From assembly GCA_013239625.1 (NCBI GenBank), contig MU053881.1, forward strand, positions 4,857,957 to 4,921,956: a stretch of 64,000 nucleotides of DNA. Reading direction: 5' to 3'. Positions 12,166-25,600 of the stretch are shown here, one piece after another. Origin of the DNA: Lama guanicoe. Its lineage: Eukaryota. The position numbers and the translations under genes are program-made. The first letter of the stretch is position 1. Each line of letters opens with the position of its first letter. The notes beneath the pieces are model-generated. The model was not told the DNA's origin. It worked only from the letters and a program-made list of their open reading frames with translations, and made no database searches.

Positions 12166-12257
12166 CTGAGCATCTGCTTTTTGTGATTCTCCACTTCCTG
12201 GAGCAGCGCTTGCTTCTCTGACTCTTTGTCTTGCTCTTTAGCCGACTGCTCGAGCTC
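12166..12257 (-). CDS. BNIP1: BNIP1 coding exon 3, ELEQSAKEQDKESEKQALLQEVENHKKQML(S)
   Basis: 92 nt, AG/GT flanks, visible within ORF 12162..12380. Confidence 0.96.
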
Positions 12258-13319
12258 CTTTGGAGGGGAAAACAGCGCTAAGTTAAAATGATTTAAAAAG
12301 CCAATACAAAAATTGGAGAGCACTTCTATTTCTAGCAAAGTCATCCAGTAGCACTTGAAAACCCTTCTAGAACAGAACACTTAGGAATGCCACGTCACAT
12401 GTAACAAACATCCTTTTACATAGATAGCTGAGTCTGCAGGAAAGTAAGGACCATCCCCAGGGCCACACAATGAGAAGCGAGCTAAGAGCTAAGGGGTCTT
12501 CCCAGGCGTGGTGTGAGGCTGCCCTGGGGCAGGAGATGCCCCCCGTAACCTAGGGCGTGCCTGGAATGCAAAGGGAAAAAACACCACTAAATAGGATCTC
12601 ACTGATCGCACCCTTAGATATGATGGAAACATCAAACTGCTCTCTGTTTCTAAACGCTCACCCTCCATCTCTGCACACATCTCACTGTAGACGGGTAACA
12701 ATTAGAGCTTTAGAGTCCATGCAGGGAGGGAAAGATGAAGCCTTGGCCACATGAGGCTGGGAACAGGAACTGAGAACACCGCAAAGCCAGGGCCACAAAG
12801 GGACACAGCCTCAGTGAGAAGATGAAGTAGGAGAGCGTCTGTCAAGCAGCCCAGAGAAGACGTGGAAGCCTGTCTTTTTTTGCTGTGGGTACGTGTGGCC
12901 AGAGTATATAAAGTATCTCCCCTGAGAATTCACAACCACGGAGCTGCCCTCACACCGATCTGGGGCTCAAATTCACCCTCCCCGAGGGGTTCAAGCACCT
13001 CTACGAGGAGAAATGAACACAAAAAGTGCTCCCGGAGTTGCGGTCATCCCGGGAGACCCAGTAACAGCAAGTGAAAAAAACTTTGAAGAGACTTGCCTCC
13101 CACCGAGGCCGCACAAAAGGCCCACAAGTCTGGTTTTCCGAAGAGCGCCCAGAGCCCGACACGTCCCAACAGCCGGACGCAAACCGGCCACTATGGTGAG
13201 GGGCAGCGGACCTAACCAGCAGCAGTCTGAGACGCACCCCCCCCGCAAGAACTTCAGGAAACAGAACTATCCGACAGACTATAGCTAAGGATGTACACCT
13301 CAATTCTCATGCCATATAG

Positions 13320-13690
13320 ATTTTTAAAATTGAAGTATAGCTCATTTACAATATTGTGTTAGTTTCAGGTGAACAGTGAAGTGATTCGGTTATACATATA
13401 TATATATTTCCAATTCTTTTCCATTATGGGTTATTATGAGATATTGAATATAGTTCCCTGTGCTCTGCAGTAAATCCTTGCTGTTTGTCTATGTTATATA
13501 GAGTGGTGTGTATCTCTTAATCCCATACTCTGAATTTATCTTTCCCCTCCCTCTCCCCCTTCATAACCATAAGTTTTTTTTCTATGTCTGTGAGTCTGTT
13601 TCTGTTTGTAAATAAGCTCACTTACATTATTTTTCAGATTTCACACATAAGTGATATCATTCATATGTTATTTGTCTTTCTCTGGTCATG
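13320..13690 (-). mobile_element. L1 3' end fragment
   Basis: TTGAAGTATAGCTCATTTACAATATTGTGTTAGTTTCAGGTG...GATTTCACACATAAGTGATATCAT; same type as the 4.0-4.9 kb copy, reversed. Confidence 0.8.
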
Positions 13691-14625
13691 ACATATTTTT
13701 TTGTTTTCAGATCAAAACAAGTTCCAGTTTTAATCAAACTACTGATGAAAAGACATACACTATTAGCTCACTTACATACTAATTTACTTATTTACATGCG
13801 TGTTTTTACACTGATTTGTACACGATGGTCTGGAACAAGCATCTGTATCCACCATCTCACTAGCTCCCAGGTGACTTCTAACTGACGGCCAGAAAATTGC
13901 TCAGGTTCTCAGAATGTGAGCTGGGAAGGTTTTGCAAATGCGCTAAGTTAATGATTTGCTTAAAATCTAGATTCCTTGATGGAATGTAAACTCTATGAAA
14001 GTAGGAGCGTATCTAGTGTTCACTACGTATACCCCATATGCCTGGCACATACTGGGCACCGACATGGAACGGAAGAATGGACGTACGGGAAGAAGGGAGG
14101 GAGGCAGGGAGGCAGGGAGGGAGAAATGTACAGGCTCCCCATGAGAGGAGGCTTGGAAGTTCTGTCACAGAGAACGAGAGATAGTTCTAGAAGAAAAGAA
14201 AGGGGGTAAAGTAGTTCTCAAATTCCAGTTTGAGAACCATATACAAAGACATTCACACAAATACTTACACATTGTTAATGTCCAACATTTACTATGTTAA
14301 GAATGTCATCTTCTGAGGCTATGAAGCCAATTCACCTAGTATCACACAATCTTGCTGCTAATACACAAAGAAGACATTCATGGAAGAGCTAAGAACATCA
14401 AACAAATAGAAATCTTGTATGCATTTCCAGGTATAAACATTTAGGAGTTGCAGATTAAACTGGGATGGCGTTATTCATTCATTGATCATGTGTATAATAG
14501 GGCCTTACTGGGACTTGAAGAGCTGATGAAGCAGAGAGGGACATAATAAATACATACATGTATTGCTGGGGTTCAGGAAATAAACACTGGGTGAGCGCAC
14601 AGAAACTTAACAAGAAAATACTTAT

Positions 14626-14751
14626 ACTTAAGGTGGAGGGTGTGGTTGGAGAATTGAAGCCATATAAGTTGAAGAAAGGTTTTTTAGGGAATAAATTTGC
14701 TTTAAAAAGCAAAACAACAGTCCAAATAAATTCCCTTTGATAGAAAACTGG
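14626..14751 (-). other. BNIP1: Orthologue of the human BNIP1 alternative cassette exon, donor apparently mutated
   Basis: TTTTTTTAG acceptor then open 126 nt PVFYQREFIWT...FNSPTTPSTLS, similar to the recalled human insert PVLYQRAFIWT...FNSPTTPVTFS; followed by ATAAGT rather than GTAAGT. Confidence 0.75.
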
Positions 14752-15858
14752 CTAAAAAAATTATGGCTATGAAAAAAGAACGAGGAGACTTCCTCACACT
14801 GATATGAAAAGATTTCTAATACACACTGTTAAGTTTTTAAAAAAAGCAGTGTTTTAGTCTGCTACCTTTTAGACGAGAAAAGGAAAGAAATAAGAAAATA
14901 TATTTGTCTTGTTTAGTATCTGAGTAGAGAAACGATGGAAAACTACATAGGTAACAAACAAAAGCGGTTACCTGTTTGGAAGAGGGGAACAGAGAACAAA
15001 CATGAGATCAGCTAGGTTCAGTGACACTGCTGAAACCCTGAAGTGTACTCCTTTGACAAAAACTGCACGTTGCCAAAATTGCCCTTGAAAATCCCTTAGG
15101 AAGTTAACACACAGGATGCAGACATACTGTTTCTCACGGTCCAAACTGCCAGTTTTGCTACCAGCTTTTGAACAGACTGTTTTCTTCTGTTAAGCAGCAA
15201 CAGAGTTGTTGGCTGGCATTTGGGGCCATGTCATACAAAAAGTACAAGTCTTCAAATCCGAGGACCACACACAGTGAGACCAGGTGCCCCAAGACCCACA
15301 GGTGAACAGAGCCATGCCACCCACCCTGCCCTCACTCAGGGCACAGCACAGAAACACCTACGCTATTCAAACTGCTACTTTTCTCACTCTATTGTTTTTT
15401 GGAGACAGTACACATACCCTAGTCGAATTCAGGACTGTTACATATGCATATAATGTGACTGGAGACTACAGAAACAGAGAGGAGGACGCTGGGCTGAGTG
15501 ACAGCAGGAAAAATCCCAGGAGACCCCGGAAATGGATGGAGGTGAATGGGATGGAGAGACTGGTATAGAACAGAAAGTAATTCAAATGACCTCAGTTTTC
15601 AAGTTGAAAACTTCCAAGGACGACGGTGTCCCTACCATCCACTTGTTAACACAGCTGGCAGTGCTCTGCATTCAAAGTTCCTCACTTTTACCTGGATAGC
15701 AGGTTAGCAACAGTTACCTCCACTGTCTAAACATTTACCACTCCCCTGTCTGACCATTCACTGAAGAACCAGGACAGCTCGCAAGCAGAGGTCAGTCCCA
15801 GGACCGAGTCCTGTTCATCATTACCCACTCTCAGCATCTCAGCTCTGCAGACACTCAC

Positions 15859-15951
15859 CTGGATTCTGTGCCTCAACTGTTGAAACTTCTCTTTCACTTT
15901 AGTATTCAGCTCAGTAAGTGCACTTAACGGTCCTGAACAATCTCGAATATC
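15859..15951 (-). CDS. BNIP1: BNIP1 coding exon 2, DIRDCSGPLSALTELNTKVKEKFQQLRHRIQ
   Basis: 93 nt, AG acceptor at 15953-15952, GTGAGT donor, phase 0-0, hand translation matches BNIP1. Confidence 0.96.
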
Positions 15952-16469
15952 CTAGGAGACATTGAAGAGATGAGGGGGCCTTTCTCAAGACAATGAAATA
16001 AAATGATACCACCTGTGCAGTGAGCGGCAGCGTGGCCGACTGACTGTAATTCATCCTGATCTTTGCTGTTTACCTCTGCAACACAAGCAAAAACATGATA
16101 ATTTACATTTTCCCCATCCCTCTTTAGATTAATTCTGAGCAAGTAATATAAAAGCAAAGAGAGAAACACAACTCTCTCTTGACTTCTTAGTTTCTGGAGT
16201 TTAACAAAATGCCACCGAGCCATTATGAAGACTTACAGTGGCTTGTATGTCTGACGAGAATGAACATCCAAGAGGTGGATGATCTTCCCAACACAAAAAT
16301 CAGGGGGCTAAATCCCTGGCATCATATGACAAGATTAACTTCTTCAACTCAATCTAATTTTACAAACCGTCTTTTATAAATCACACAGTTTATAGACATG
16401 GTCAAAGGCAGAGTCGGAATTTGTTTCTGAACATTCAGAATTACCGGGGCCAGGTTTCAAAGCAGGCCA

Positions 16470-16660
16470 TGGAGCCAGATTATGTGGATTCAAATTCTGG
16501 TTGCAACAATTTATTAGCTGTGTAACCTTGAAAAAGTTACTTGAGTTGTCTGTGCCTGTTTCCTCATCACACCATTACCTACTTCACAGACCAGGATGTA
16601 TTTAAAGGGCTTAATAGAGGAGCTGGAACACGGTGAGAGTGCACTAAATCTAGCTATCAT
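16470..16660. mobile_element. MIR fragment
   Basis: GGATTCAAATTCTGG...TTATTAGCTGTGTAACCTTGAAAAAGTTACTT...TGCCTGTTTCCTCATC MIR core. Confidence 0.65.
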
Positions 16661-17329
16661 GAGAACCCGAATGTTACGGAGTGCAAAAAGAGGCTTAAGC
16701 AATTTTGATTATATGAAAAGGCAATTTCATTTGTATAAATCCTAAATTTATTTTTCTAGAATTGGCCCAGATGTTTTATAGCTTATACATGGGAAATGTG
16801 AGGTTCAAGCAGTTTAAATGTTTGCATCAAGTTCCCTCACTTGTCTGGATTACTCATCAAATCACACGTCCTTGCACCATGTACCAATTTAGTTTATTTT
16901 ACATCTGCTTTCCGTGGAAAGCTTTACTTTCCTTCACTTTTTACCACAGCTAGTTGCAAACTGAGTTTACATCTAATGTTTAGTAACATTTGTTAAAAAT
17001 GGAAACGATTTGCCTAAAATGATTTGTTTAAAACTCCTGGGTTTTTTGTTTTGTGTTTTTTGATTTTTTGCTAAACTCAAGGAATCATTTACATTCCTAA
17101 CTCTTGCCTATGCCAACGGGTCTACTGCTTTATTATCTCCTACCCTTAAATGGCTTAAGGCCAAGGACATAATTACCCAATCTGTTAAACGAAGGAGTAG
17201 ACTCTGTAAACAGTTTTTTCTCTAGGTTGACTTTCCCTGTCCGGATCCCAGTTTTGCCATTATCTGCCTTTTGGTCCACGCCTTGGCACTTTAGTCGATT
17301 TCTTCATTTACAAAATCATAACTACGGTC

Positions 17330-18200
17330 AGGTGAGGTTCATTTCACCGGGCGCTACCCGTGCCAGGTGGCCTTTGGTGCCACGGGGCATCTGCTCCAAG
17401 GAGCGGGCCAGCAGGGGGCGGGGCTCATGGCCTCCAGAATGCTACCAAGTGATGGAGAGGACGGTGTCAGGAGGCGGGGCCCAGCAGGGTGGCAGGTGTG
17501 TCGTCAGGCGGTCGGGGGCGGGGAGAGGCGACGCCAGGGGTGGGTGGGGTAGGGACCAAGCGGAGCCCTAAAGGGGAAGCGTGGTCAGAGGCGGGGGTGG
17601 AGGGTGTCTCGGAAGAGGGCGAACCAAAGGCAGCGAGATGGATCAGGGCCAAGGGGATGGGACCAAAGCGGGTCGGTAAGGGGGTAACCGGCCATGGGGC
17701 GGGGCCAGCGACCTCGGAGACTAGACCAAGCGGGGAAAGCTCGCAAGTGAGGCCGCAGAGCTCAAGCTGGCAGAGCTTGGGTTTAAGGCTGCTGGACCCC
17801 GGCGGGGGTCCCGGGAATTAGTACCTGGATAAGCGCCTTCACCTCCAGGTCGAATTTGACAATCTCCTGGTTGCAGATCCGGACGTGGACATCCTGGGGA
17901 GCTGCCATGTTGGGGTTGCCGGCTACGGGCAGCCGCGGCGGCCAAGTTCCAACGCGTTTTCGCACCGCCTTCTTTCCCGGCCGGATCTCGCGGCGGCGCC
18001 CCCTAGAGCCCGGCCCGCGGCGAGCGGGGGCGCAGGCGCCGCGCCACGGGGACTTTCCCTGACACGTGGGAGAAATCGGTCCGCCTCTCAGTGTGGACCT
18101 AGTAAGACCGAGAGGGAGAGAGGAAGGAATTACAAAGAACGGTTTAGCAGTGGCCTCTCCCCATCTTCCGCGTGTCAGCCAGTCGAGTGACTGCGTATTT
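17330..18200. promoter_or_regulatory. BNIP1: CpG island / BNIP1 promoter
   Basis: High GC and CpG density around exon 1; GC boxes; YY1-like GCCATGTT over the start codon. Confidence 0.85.
17825..17908 (-). CDS. BNIP1: BNIP1 (SEC20) coding exon 1, MAAPQDVHVRICNQEIVKFDLEVKALIQ
   Basis: ATG at 17908 in AACATGG context; 84 nt; GT donor at 17824-17823; peptide matches the recalled mammalian BNIP1 N-terminus. Confidence 0.97.
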
Positions 18201-18755
18201 TTTGCAGAGAAGGGAGGGGGAAAAAACACTGGAAGTGTCAGTGGGGATGTCCCTGGAAGGTAGAATTAACAATTTTTTTTAGATTTCTTTAAACTTTCTT
18301 GTATTTTTCTTGTATGTTCTACAGTGAATATAAATTATGCCGTGAAAGGGGGAAAGATGACAGCTGTTGTTGTTATTACTTTTTTTAATGTATGGAATTC
18401 AGGGCAGGTCTCTAGGGCACCTCTGACGGTCCAGCCCAGGGTCCGAGGGATCTTTCTGAAACGCACGACTGACCCTTACTTCCCAGTTTATACAACCCTT
18501 TTCTGGCTCCCGGCGGTTCCTTTTTGTGTACAGTTGGATTTATTAAATTTGCCTCGCTGGAGCAGTTTTGATGGATTAATGTAGATGGAAATAATTAAGA
18601 GCACACCCTCCACAGATGGAGTATTTAGTAAGAAAAATAAAATCAGAGAGCCTGTAAGTTTCTTAGCTGGTCCTCAAGGGAATCAGCCTTGCCTCCTTCT
18701 GGGATTCTTCAAGCTCTTTTTGGATCTGTAGCCTTGGAATGTGCTGTTCCCTCTT

Positions 18756-18867
18756 TTTTTTTTTTAATTTTATTTATATATATTTTAATGGAGGTACTGG
18801 GGATTGAACCGAGCACCTCATGCATGCTAAGTAGGCATTCTACCACTGAGCTGTATGGTCCCCCTAA
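18756..18867 (-). mobile_element. tRNA-derived SINE (same family)
   Basis: Reverse-complement A/B boxes, poly-T; TSD CTGTTCCCTCTT at 18744-18755 and 18868-18879. Confidence 0.85.
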
Positions 18868-19249
18868 CTGTTCCCTCTTCTTAAAATGCTTTTCCCCACT
18901 TGCCCCCACCACATTCACTTTTGTTCACTTCATCAAACAGATTGTGAGGACCTGAGTGCCAGCTGTTTCTCTTAATCCTCACAACCACCTTTGAAATAGG
19001 AAATAACCCAGTTTCACAGGTGGGGAGCTGGCTAAGAGTAGATCAAAACACAACATCCTTGCCCCAAGGTTACCCAACTTGAAATTGGCAGAGCTTTAAC
19101 TGAAAGCTACATCCTCCCTCAAGAACCAAATACGGCCCCTTGGGTAGTGTTGAAGAAGCAGGGCTAAATGCTCCCCGCCTACCACTCCACACACCCCGCC
19201 TTAAGGTGTTTATCACCCCACTGCTCCTAATAGAGAGGCTGTGTATTGC

Positions 19250-19610
19250 AGGCTTGGGCATCTGACTTGCTTGAATCCTGCTTGACATCTACTGCACATC
19301 TCTGTGATTCAGTCTCCTCAGAGGCTAACTGGTGGTAATCACAGCGTTGGCTGGAGGATTAAATGAGGGAATATATAAAAAGCATCCAGCACAATGTAGC
19401 AATGTGGTACATGGTAAGCACACAATACGCGTTGGCTGCTAATATTACTGACATTTTTGGAGCACTTCCCTTGTGCCAGGCACTTTGGACTAAGTCCCTT
19501 ATATGTATCATTCTAACCAGTTAACTGTCACAACAACCCTATGAGGTAGAATTATCCACTTTTTACCCATGGAGAAACAGGGACAGAGAGAATAATGACT
19601 TGCCCAGCAC
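19250..19610. mobile_element. MIR fragments
   Basis: CAGTCTCCTCA...GGATTAAATGAG and ACAACCCTATGAGGTAG...GGAGAAAC MIR-like motifs. Confidence 0.55.
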
Positions 19611-20830
19611 AGATAGAATTGCTAGGTCAACGGATACATGCATTTTCAAATTCTGATACACGCTACTGAATTGCTCTTCACAGAGGTTGTATCAGTTTAC
19701 ACTCCCACCAGCAACGTGGTACAAATGCCTGCTTTCTCACGGCCTCACCCACGCAGTGTGTTAACAGTGGGATTCGCCAATCTGATTAAGTGAAAAGTGC
19801 CATCTGGTAATTTGCATTCCTCCTACCATGAACGAGACTGAGACTCATTCGTATTTACTCTCTGCTTGCTCTTCTGCTGGGTTGTCAGTCTTTTTCGTAT
19901 CAGCTCCAAGGAGCTCTTTACATATTAGGAGCATTTGCCTTTAGAGATGAAGTCTATACTCTTAGTCTATAGAATTTTGACTTGACTTCTGGTTATTTTT
20001 GGCCTTAAAAAAGGTTTTATTTGAAATTTAAAAATTTTTGTTTCGCATAGAATTTGTCAGTCTTCATTTATGACTCCTAGATTTGAGATCCCAGTTAGGC
20101 CGTCCCTACCCATAGACGTTGAAAGGGATTGGCCACATTTCCTTCCAGTGTTTGTAATGTGGTTGGTTTTTTTTTTTTAATATTTAGATCTTTACCCATT
20201 TTGAAATATATGTTGGCTTGTGGTGTGAAGTATAGAACCAACTTTACGTTTTCCAGAGGGTTACCCAATTGTTCCAACATTATCTTCTCAATAATCCATC
20301 TTTTTCTCACTGGTTTCAGATGCAACATTTACCACATAAATTCTTACATTTGAATCTACTCCTAGACTTTCCATTCTATTCTGTTGGTCTTTTCAGTCAT
20401 GCATCAAATGACACTGTTTTAATATCATAGTTTTATGTGTTTTAATATGTTATGATTGAACACTCCATTTTTTCCCCATGTGAACTTTGGGTTTTTTTTT
20501 TATAATTGTATTGCTGTCTTATTGGGATGCTATTAAATTGTTTAACTTAGGAGGACTGACAGCATTATGCCCTTGACTGCTCCTGTTCAAGAACTTGGTT
20601 TATCTTTCCATTTGTTCAAGTCTTCTGTGTCCTTCATAGCATTTTTTTTAAATAGTAATGACCAATGTTTTATTAGAAAATATTTATCTTGGATAAAGCA
20701 GTTTAAGAAGGGAAATTGTATTATTCCATTTCATATTAAAATATATTCCTCCCAAATAAGTCTTCATAGTATTTTAATGTTTTCTTTAGACCTTGTACAT
20801 TTTCTGTTAAGTCCATTCCTGGCAAATTTT
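19610..20830 (-). mobile_element. Old L1 (L1M-type) fragments
   Basis: T-rich reverse L1 ORF2/3' motifs (GAATTGCTAGGTCAA, TTTACACTCCCACCAGCAA). Confidence 0.6.
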
Positions 20831-22619
20831 TAAGATTAAAAACCTAAAGAAACTGAGATTGACATTTTTCAGGTCACTCGAACGTTTTGGATCCTCAGAT
20901 AGAAGCTCCCCATTTAAGTGTCACAGGGAAGAAGCCCCAAGTCTGTAGCAGTAGATCTGCCTGTGTGACCTTGGGCCCCTTTCCCATCATGCTTCTTGCT
21001 GGAAATTCCTCTGCAACTAACAGTCGCCAGTTGCATCTCTGTGTGACAATTAAAGAAGAAAATGTAGCTTCCCTTTTCTCCACCCTCCAACATATTCCCT
21101 TCTAATAGGAAAGACTCAGTTCTAAGCTCTTCAGCTGGAGGCCGTACTTGGGGGATAGACATGCAACTTGGTGACCCACACTACCAGGCACCGACTACTG
21201 GCAGTGCTGTTTTGCCTACATCTACTAGGTTTTGGCTTTAGTTCTCTCTGGTTTTCAGATTCTAAGCTCATTATCTTTCTCCTACACAGACACCAATCTA
21301 AATACTGCCTGTGACTTGGCCTGGCCCTCGCGGAGGAGTATGGATCGTCTGAGTGCTGCACGCAGACTGCGCTTTGAACTGGAGCTGTGTCGTCTCAGTG
21401 GGGTCTGGGGCGAGTCCCTGCATCTGAGTCTAGTCTGACTCCTTTGTAAGATGGGCATGACCTCCCACTTCACGGGGCCACGCAGAGCAGCAGGTGAGTT
21501 CCCTGATGGGAAAGCACCTAGCCAGGGCTTCCTGAATGCCACCCTAGCCTTCTGGGACTTTCTAATGCCTTCTTCCAATTTGATCCTTTCAGCTGGGATA
21601 TTAAAAGTATTTCCAACTAGTGGTTTTCTCTCTGGCTAAAGTGCTGTCCTGGTTTCCAAATTACCGTGGGTGAGAGACAACTGAACAACTCAGCTCACTG
21701 GATGCTGCCTACGAAGGTTTAGTTTCCTAAGAGCTATGCTGACCCGGCTCACCCAGCTCCTTAAAGCTCCCAGACCCCAACGGAGGTCACGTCCTGAAGC
21801 TCCAACAGCCATGAGAGGCCAGGTCTACTTTGCTTCCTGACAGCCTTGCTGTCACTCAAATGAAGCAGAAGGGGCTTCTTCAAGGGACCAGGGATGTCAT
21901 GAACAAAGTCTCTCAATTCTCTAACATATCCCGCCTCTGTCCTCGCAAATACACCTTTGTGCTAATGCACCTAGAACCCTTTGTAACAGCTCGTGTTGCT
22001 CTGCGGTCCTGTTCACAGGTGGCCTCCCTCAGCCTACTCCAGAGTTCCTGGAAATCTCTTCAATCTCCTTCTAGCCCAGTACCTCTAGCCCAAGTCTTGG
22101 CAGAGTAAGTGCTAAACAAATGTTTGTTGGCCGAAGGAACACACTGCTAGCCCCGATTTAAGGGCTCACTGGACATACCCAGCCTCATTAGGGGACTTAC
22201 TTAGAATTATGAAACACACAAACACATACAAAGGCTTAAGGCAGGAGAGACTCTAGATCCTTTATTTCCCTCAGAGAAATCAACTTGGCCAAAGAATCAA
22301 GGAGAAGAAATAAAGATAAACTAAACTGTGCTCTAAACTATGAGGAATGTAAAGTTTTTATCAACATATAATTCTACATAATAGCTAAATTTCACTCAAG
22401 TATTGAAAAATCAGCCCAAAGTGTCAAAAAAAAAAAAAGTTAGCTCTTTGTACACGACACCAGGAGGGGGGCAGCGCGGTCAAGAGTTCAGCACTGTCTT
22501 TAGTTTGGAATCTGTCTGCGGTGGGCTACTTCGAAGAGGAGTAGGTGGTCACCTTGGAAAGCAACAGAAAAGCAAGAGGGAAAGGAAGGATGAACACACG
22601 AGACGAACAATTCAGAACC

Positions 22620-25600
22620 TTTTCTTTTCATCTTTTTTTTTATTTTAAATTACAAAGGATGTTGCATACACTGATGAATCTGTATCTGACTAGAAGTGCC
22701 GAGGGGTTGGAAGGTGACAGAAAACAAAGGCAACGTTTGAATTGCCTTTTCTTCTGAAAAGAAAAACTGCACAACTATTAACCAACATTTAATAGAATAA
22801 TTTTTAAACAGCTCATGCGTCAACAAGATAAAATTCTTTCTAGACAAAAGACAAGACTGAATCCAATAAAAAGTTTCATAGCTCCAGTTGGGGGAGGGAG
22901 GGGAACAGAACTACAGAATATTCATGGTAGCGTTACAAACAGGAGCCTACGCAGCTATGCAGAAGAGGTCGCCACATTGGTATGAACAAATGCTTTGAAT
23001 TCTTGCCTTTCCACTCTTCTCTTATGACTTCTTATGTGCGGTCAGCCCTAGTATCACTGTTAACCACAAATGCTAAGTTCTAGGACAAATCCTAGGGAGA
23101 GAAGGTTAAAAAAAAAAAAAGAAAAGCAGGCAGTGGAATACAGTGTCATAAAAATGTGGTGAAAAGGCAGATACAGTACACACATACACATTTCTGTTAT
23201 TTGGTTCTGAAAAAACAAAGGGCGAAGGGCAAGACACAGTAATCAGTCCCGCTCCCATCCACCCAGAATTTAATTAACTACACCATTGTGTTTACATGGT
23301 TATGAAAGAGGCGAACCTGGTTCACCCGAACTTGGCACACTGAAATACCTAACTCCGATGTTCTTCACTGGTCACCAAGTCTTCAGTTCCAAAATACTAT
23401 TCGGAAGTAGTTTTAAGGTTCTATTCCCTCACCACTACCCCCAAATCTCTCTTTTCTAAAAGAAAACGGCAATTTGGCATAATTCATTTCTTAGGTGTAA
23501 TTTCTACAATTTCAGTCAGTTACTAAGCACGAGGATTATGCTTCAACACATAACCCCACTTGCCTACGGAAGTGTAAAACTTTCAGTAGTACAGTTTCAT
23601 CATCTTTCCCCAACATGCTTATTCCTTAAAACGAAACAACCATTCCTACAGTTGACATTCATTGTTACATCCCAATGTGTTTGAAATATTAAAAAAAAAT
23701 GGAGTCATCTTCTCATAATGCCCTTATTGAGATTACAAAGATTACAAAAGAATCCACAAGTGTTACGGCACTGTGTGAGACTTATTTGTCATGATCCAAG
23801 GGAAGAACAAGACTGCAGGACTGTGCGAAGTTGTGGAAGTGGCCTCAGTTCCATGGGAAATGGTATTCCACAACAGACTTCACTAGAAGAACAACTGAAA
23901 CCTTTTACTTTAACACTGAAAGCATAATTCAATGCATTCTCAAAATTCAAGTTTCAAGATTTGGAGAGATGCTAACATTCTGTTACATAATTAACTAGAA
24001 AATACTTGAACAGAATTTTAGGAAGACTATATAAAGAAAGGGAACATAAGTTTTTGTTAATTCCTGCTGAAGGCAACTTGAATTCGTTTCTTAGAAAGTT
24101 GACTAAATCTTAGCAGCTAAAATATTTTTAAATGTATGGAATAAAGAAAAGCACATCCATTCTTGACATTTTGGTGAATAAACTAACAGCTTTATTAATG
24201 AAGGCAAACATCAGATAATTGTATGAATATTATATATAAAAAAGAAATTCAAACTAACAGCATTGTATTTCAAAAGTACTGTACTTCTGTTTTCTTTTAA
24301 AGAGACTTGTCATCTGTTTTATAAAACAAACAAAACGGGTACTCTTCTCCTAAAAAATTCTGGAAAAAATGAAATAGTCAAATTTCAAGCTGATGAATGG
24401 AACACACCTTTCTTTAAATGCAGACTATTGCTAAGGAGCAAATAAAGTCAAGCATCAGAAAGAAGATGTATGACAAATCCAAGAAAGTTAGGAAAGAGGG
24501 ATGTAGTGAAACCACTGCTCATCTTCCCCCCTCATATTCAAAGACCATTCAAAACTGGTCTTTCATACAAATATAAAATAACAGTAAAGAGAGGGAATCT
24601 GAAACCATACCCATCTGAAATCCTTCATGATGTTTTTATAATAGTTCTGATTCTCTTACCAAAAAGGTCAAAGTGAAAGATTTAGGAAGTGGGAGGGAAT
24701 GAAGATGGTTGGTTTTAAATGTACAAGTAAGGCACAATATAAAGCCACATCATAATCTGTCATGAAGGGTCTAGGCGAGGACAAGCATCATACATGGTAC
24801 AGGAGAACAAGCAGTCATACCGACTGACACAGTGTGGCACCCAATTCAAAACTCAGACGAGATCTTAACGAGAACAACTGGACAGCATGCTTTCATATGG
24901 AGACAAACTCTATAAAGAATCCAGTGTATCTGAAACGAGGAAGAATGTTTTTTCTTTTTCGTTTTTTTTTTTTTTCAAATCATAGTAGTACTAGAAGTCA
25001 AAGTTGACAACTACTTTTGGAACAATGGGTTTGTTTGAGGTGAATTCACAATGCCTTCACTTAAAGTAAGCCTCTGGACTTCATTATGAGCTATCTGTAT
25101 ACCATGTATGAACACAGAAAACCTTTAGAGAGCTCTTCTCTAATGATCTTCACCCAAGAACACATGCCACAATTTTCAAAAACAGAACACGTACAATTGT
25201 TGGGGTTTTTACGTTACCCTTATAAGATCTGTTTGTGTGATACACTAAACGTATATATTTTAATGACAATAGAGGAAGCAGATTATTACTGGCATTAAAG
25301 TACAACCATTTCTAGACGGTTTTAAATGCCACAGAGTCCCCTGGTTAAAATGTAAAGCTGCACAGCTTGCCTATATCATCTTTATGATAAAGTTAAAACA
25401 GCAAGAGGATTTAACTTTCACTCTACATTTTACTGCCAGGTTTTATTTAGATCAAGTATCGCTGCAGCATTCTGACCAGCCCAGATTTAGCAGCAAATGG
25501 CAGGAATCATATAAAATGCAATTTTTTTTAACAAAGTGCTTTTCTAAGATATACATACATATATAAATAGGTACAAAATAAAGTGTCAACATTAAAAAGC

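Noticed and set aside
17909..18229. N-terminal extension of BNIP1 in ORF 17783..18229
   Set aside because: An open frame across a GC-rich promoter is expected by chance; the known start MAAPQD has a good Kozak context.
20880..22110. Overlapping 60-100 aa ORFs between CREBRF and BNIP1 as a hidden gene or second retrocopy
   Set aside because: No recognisable protein similarity, poly-A tail, TSD or consistent splice pattern; a tblastx search would be needed to exclude it fully.
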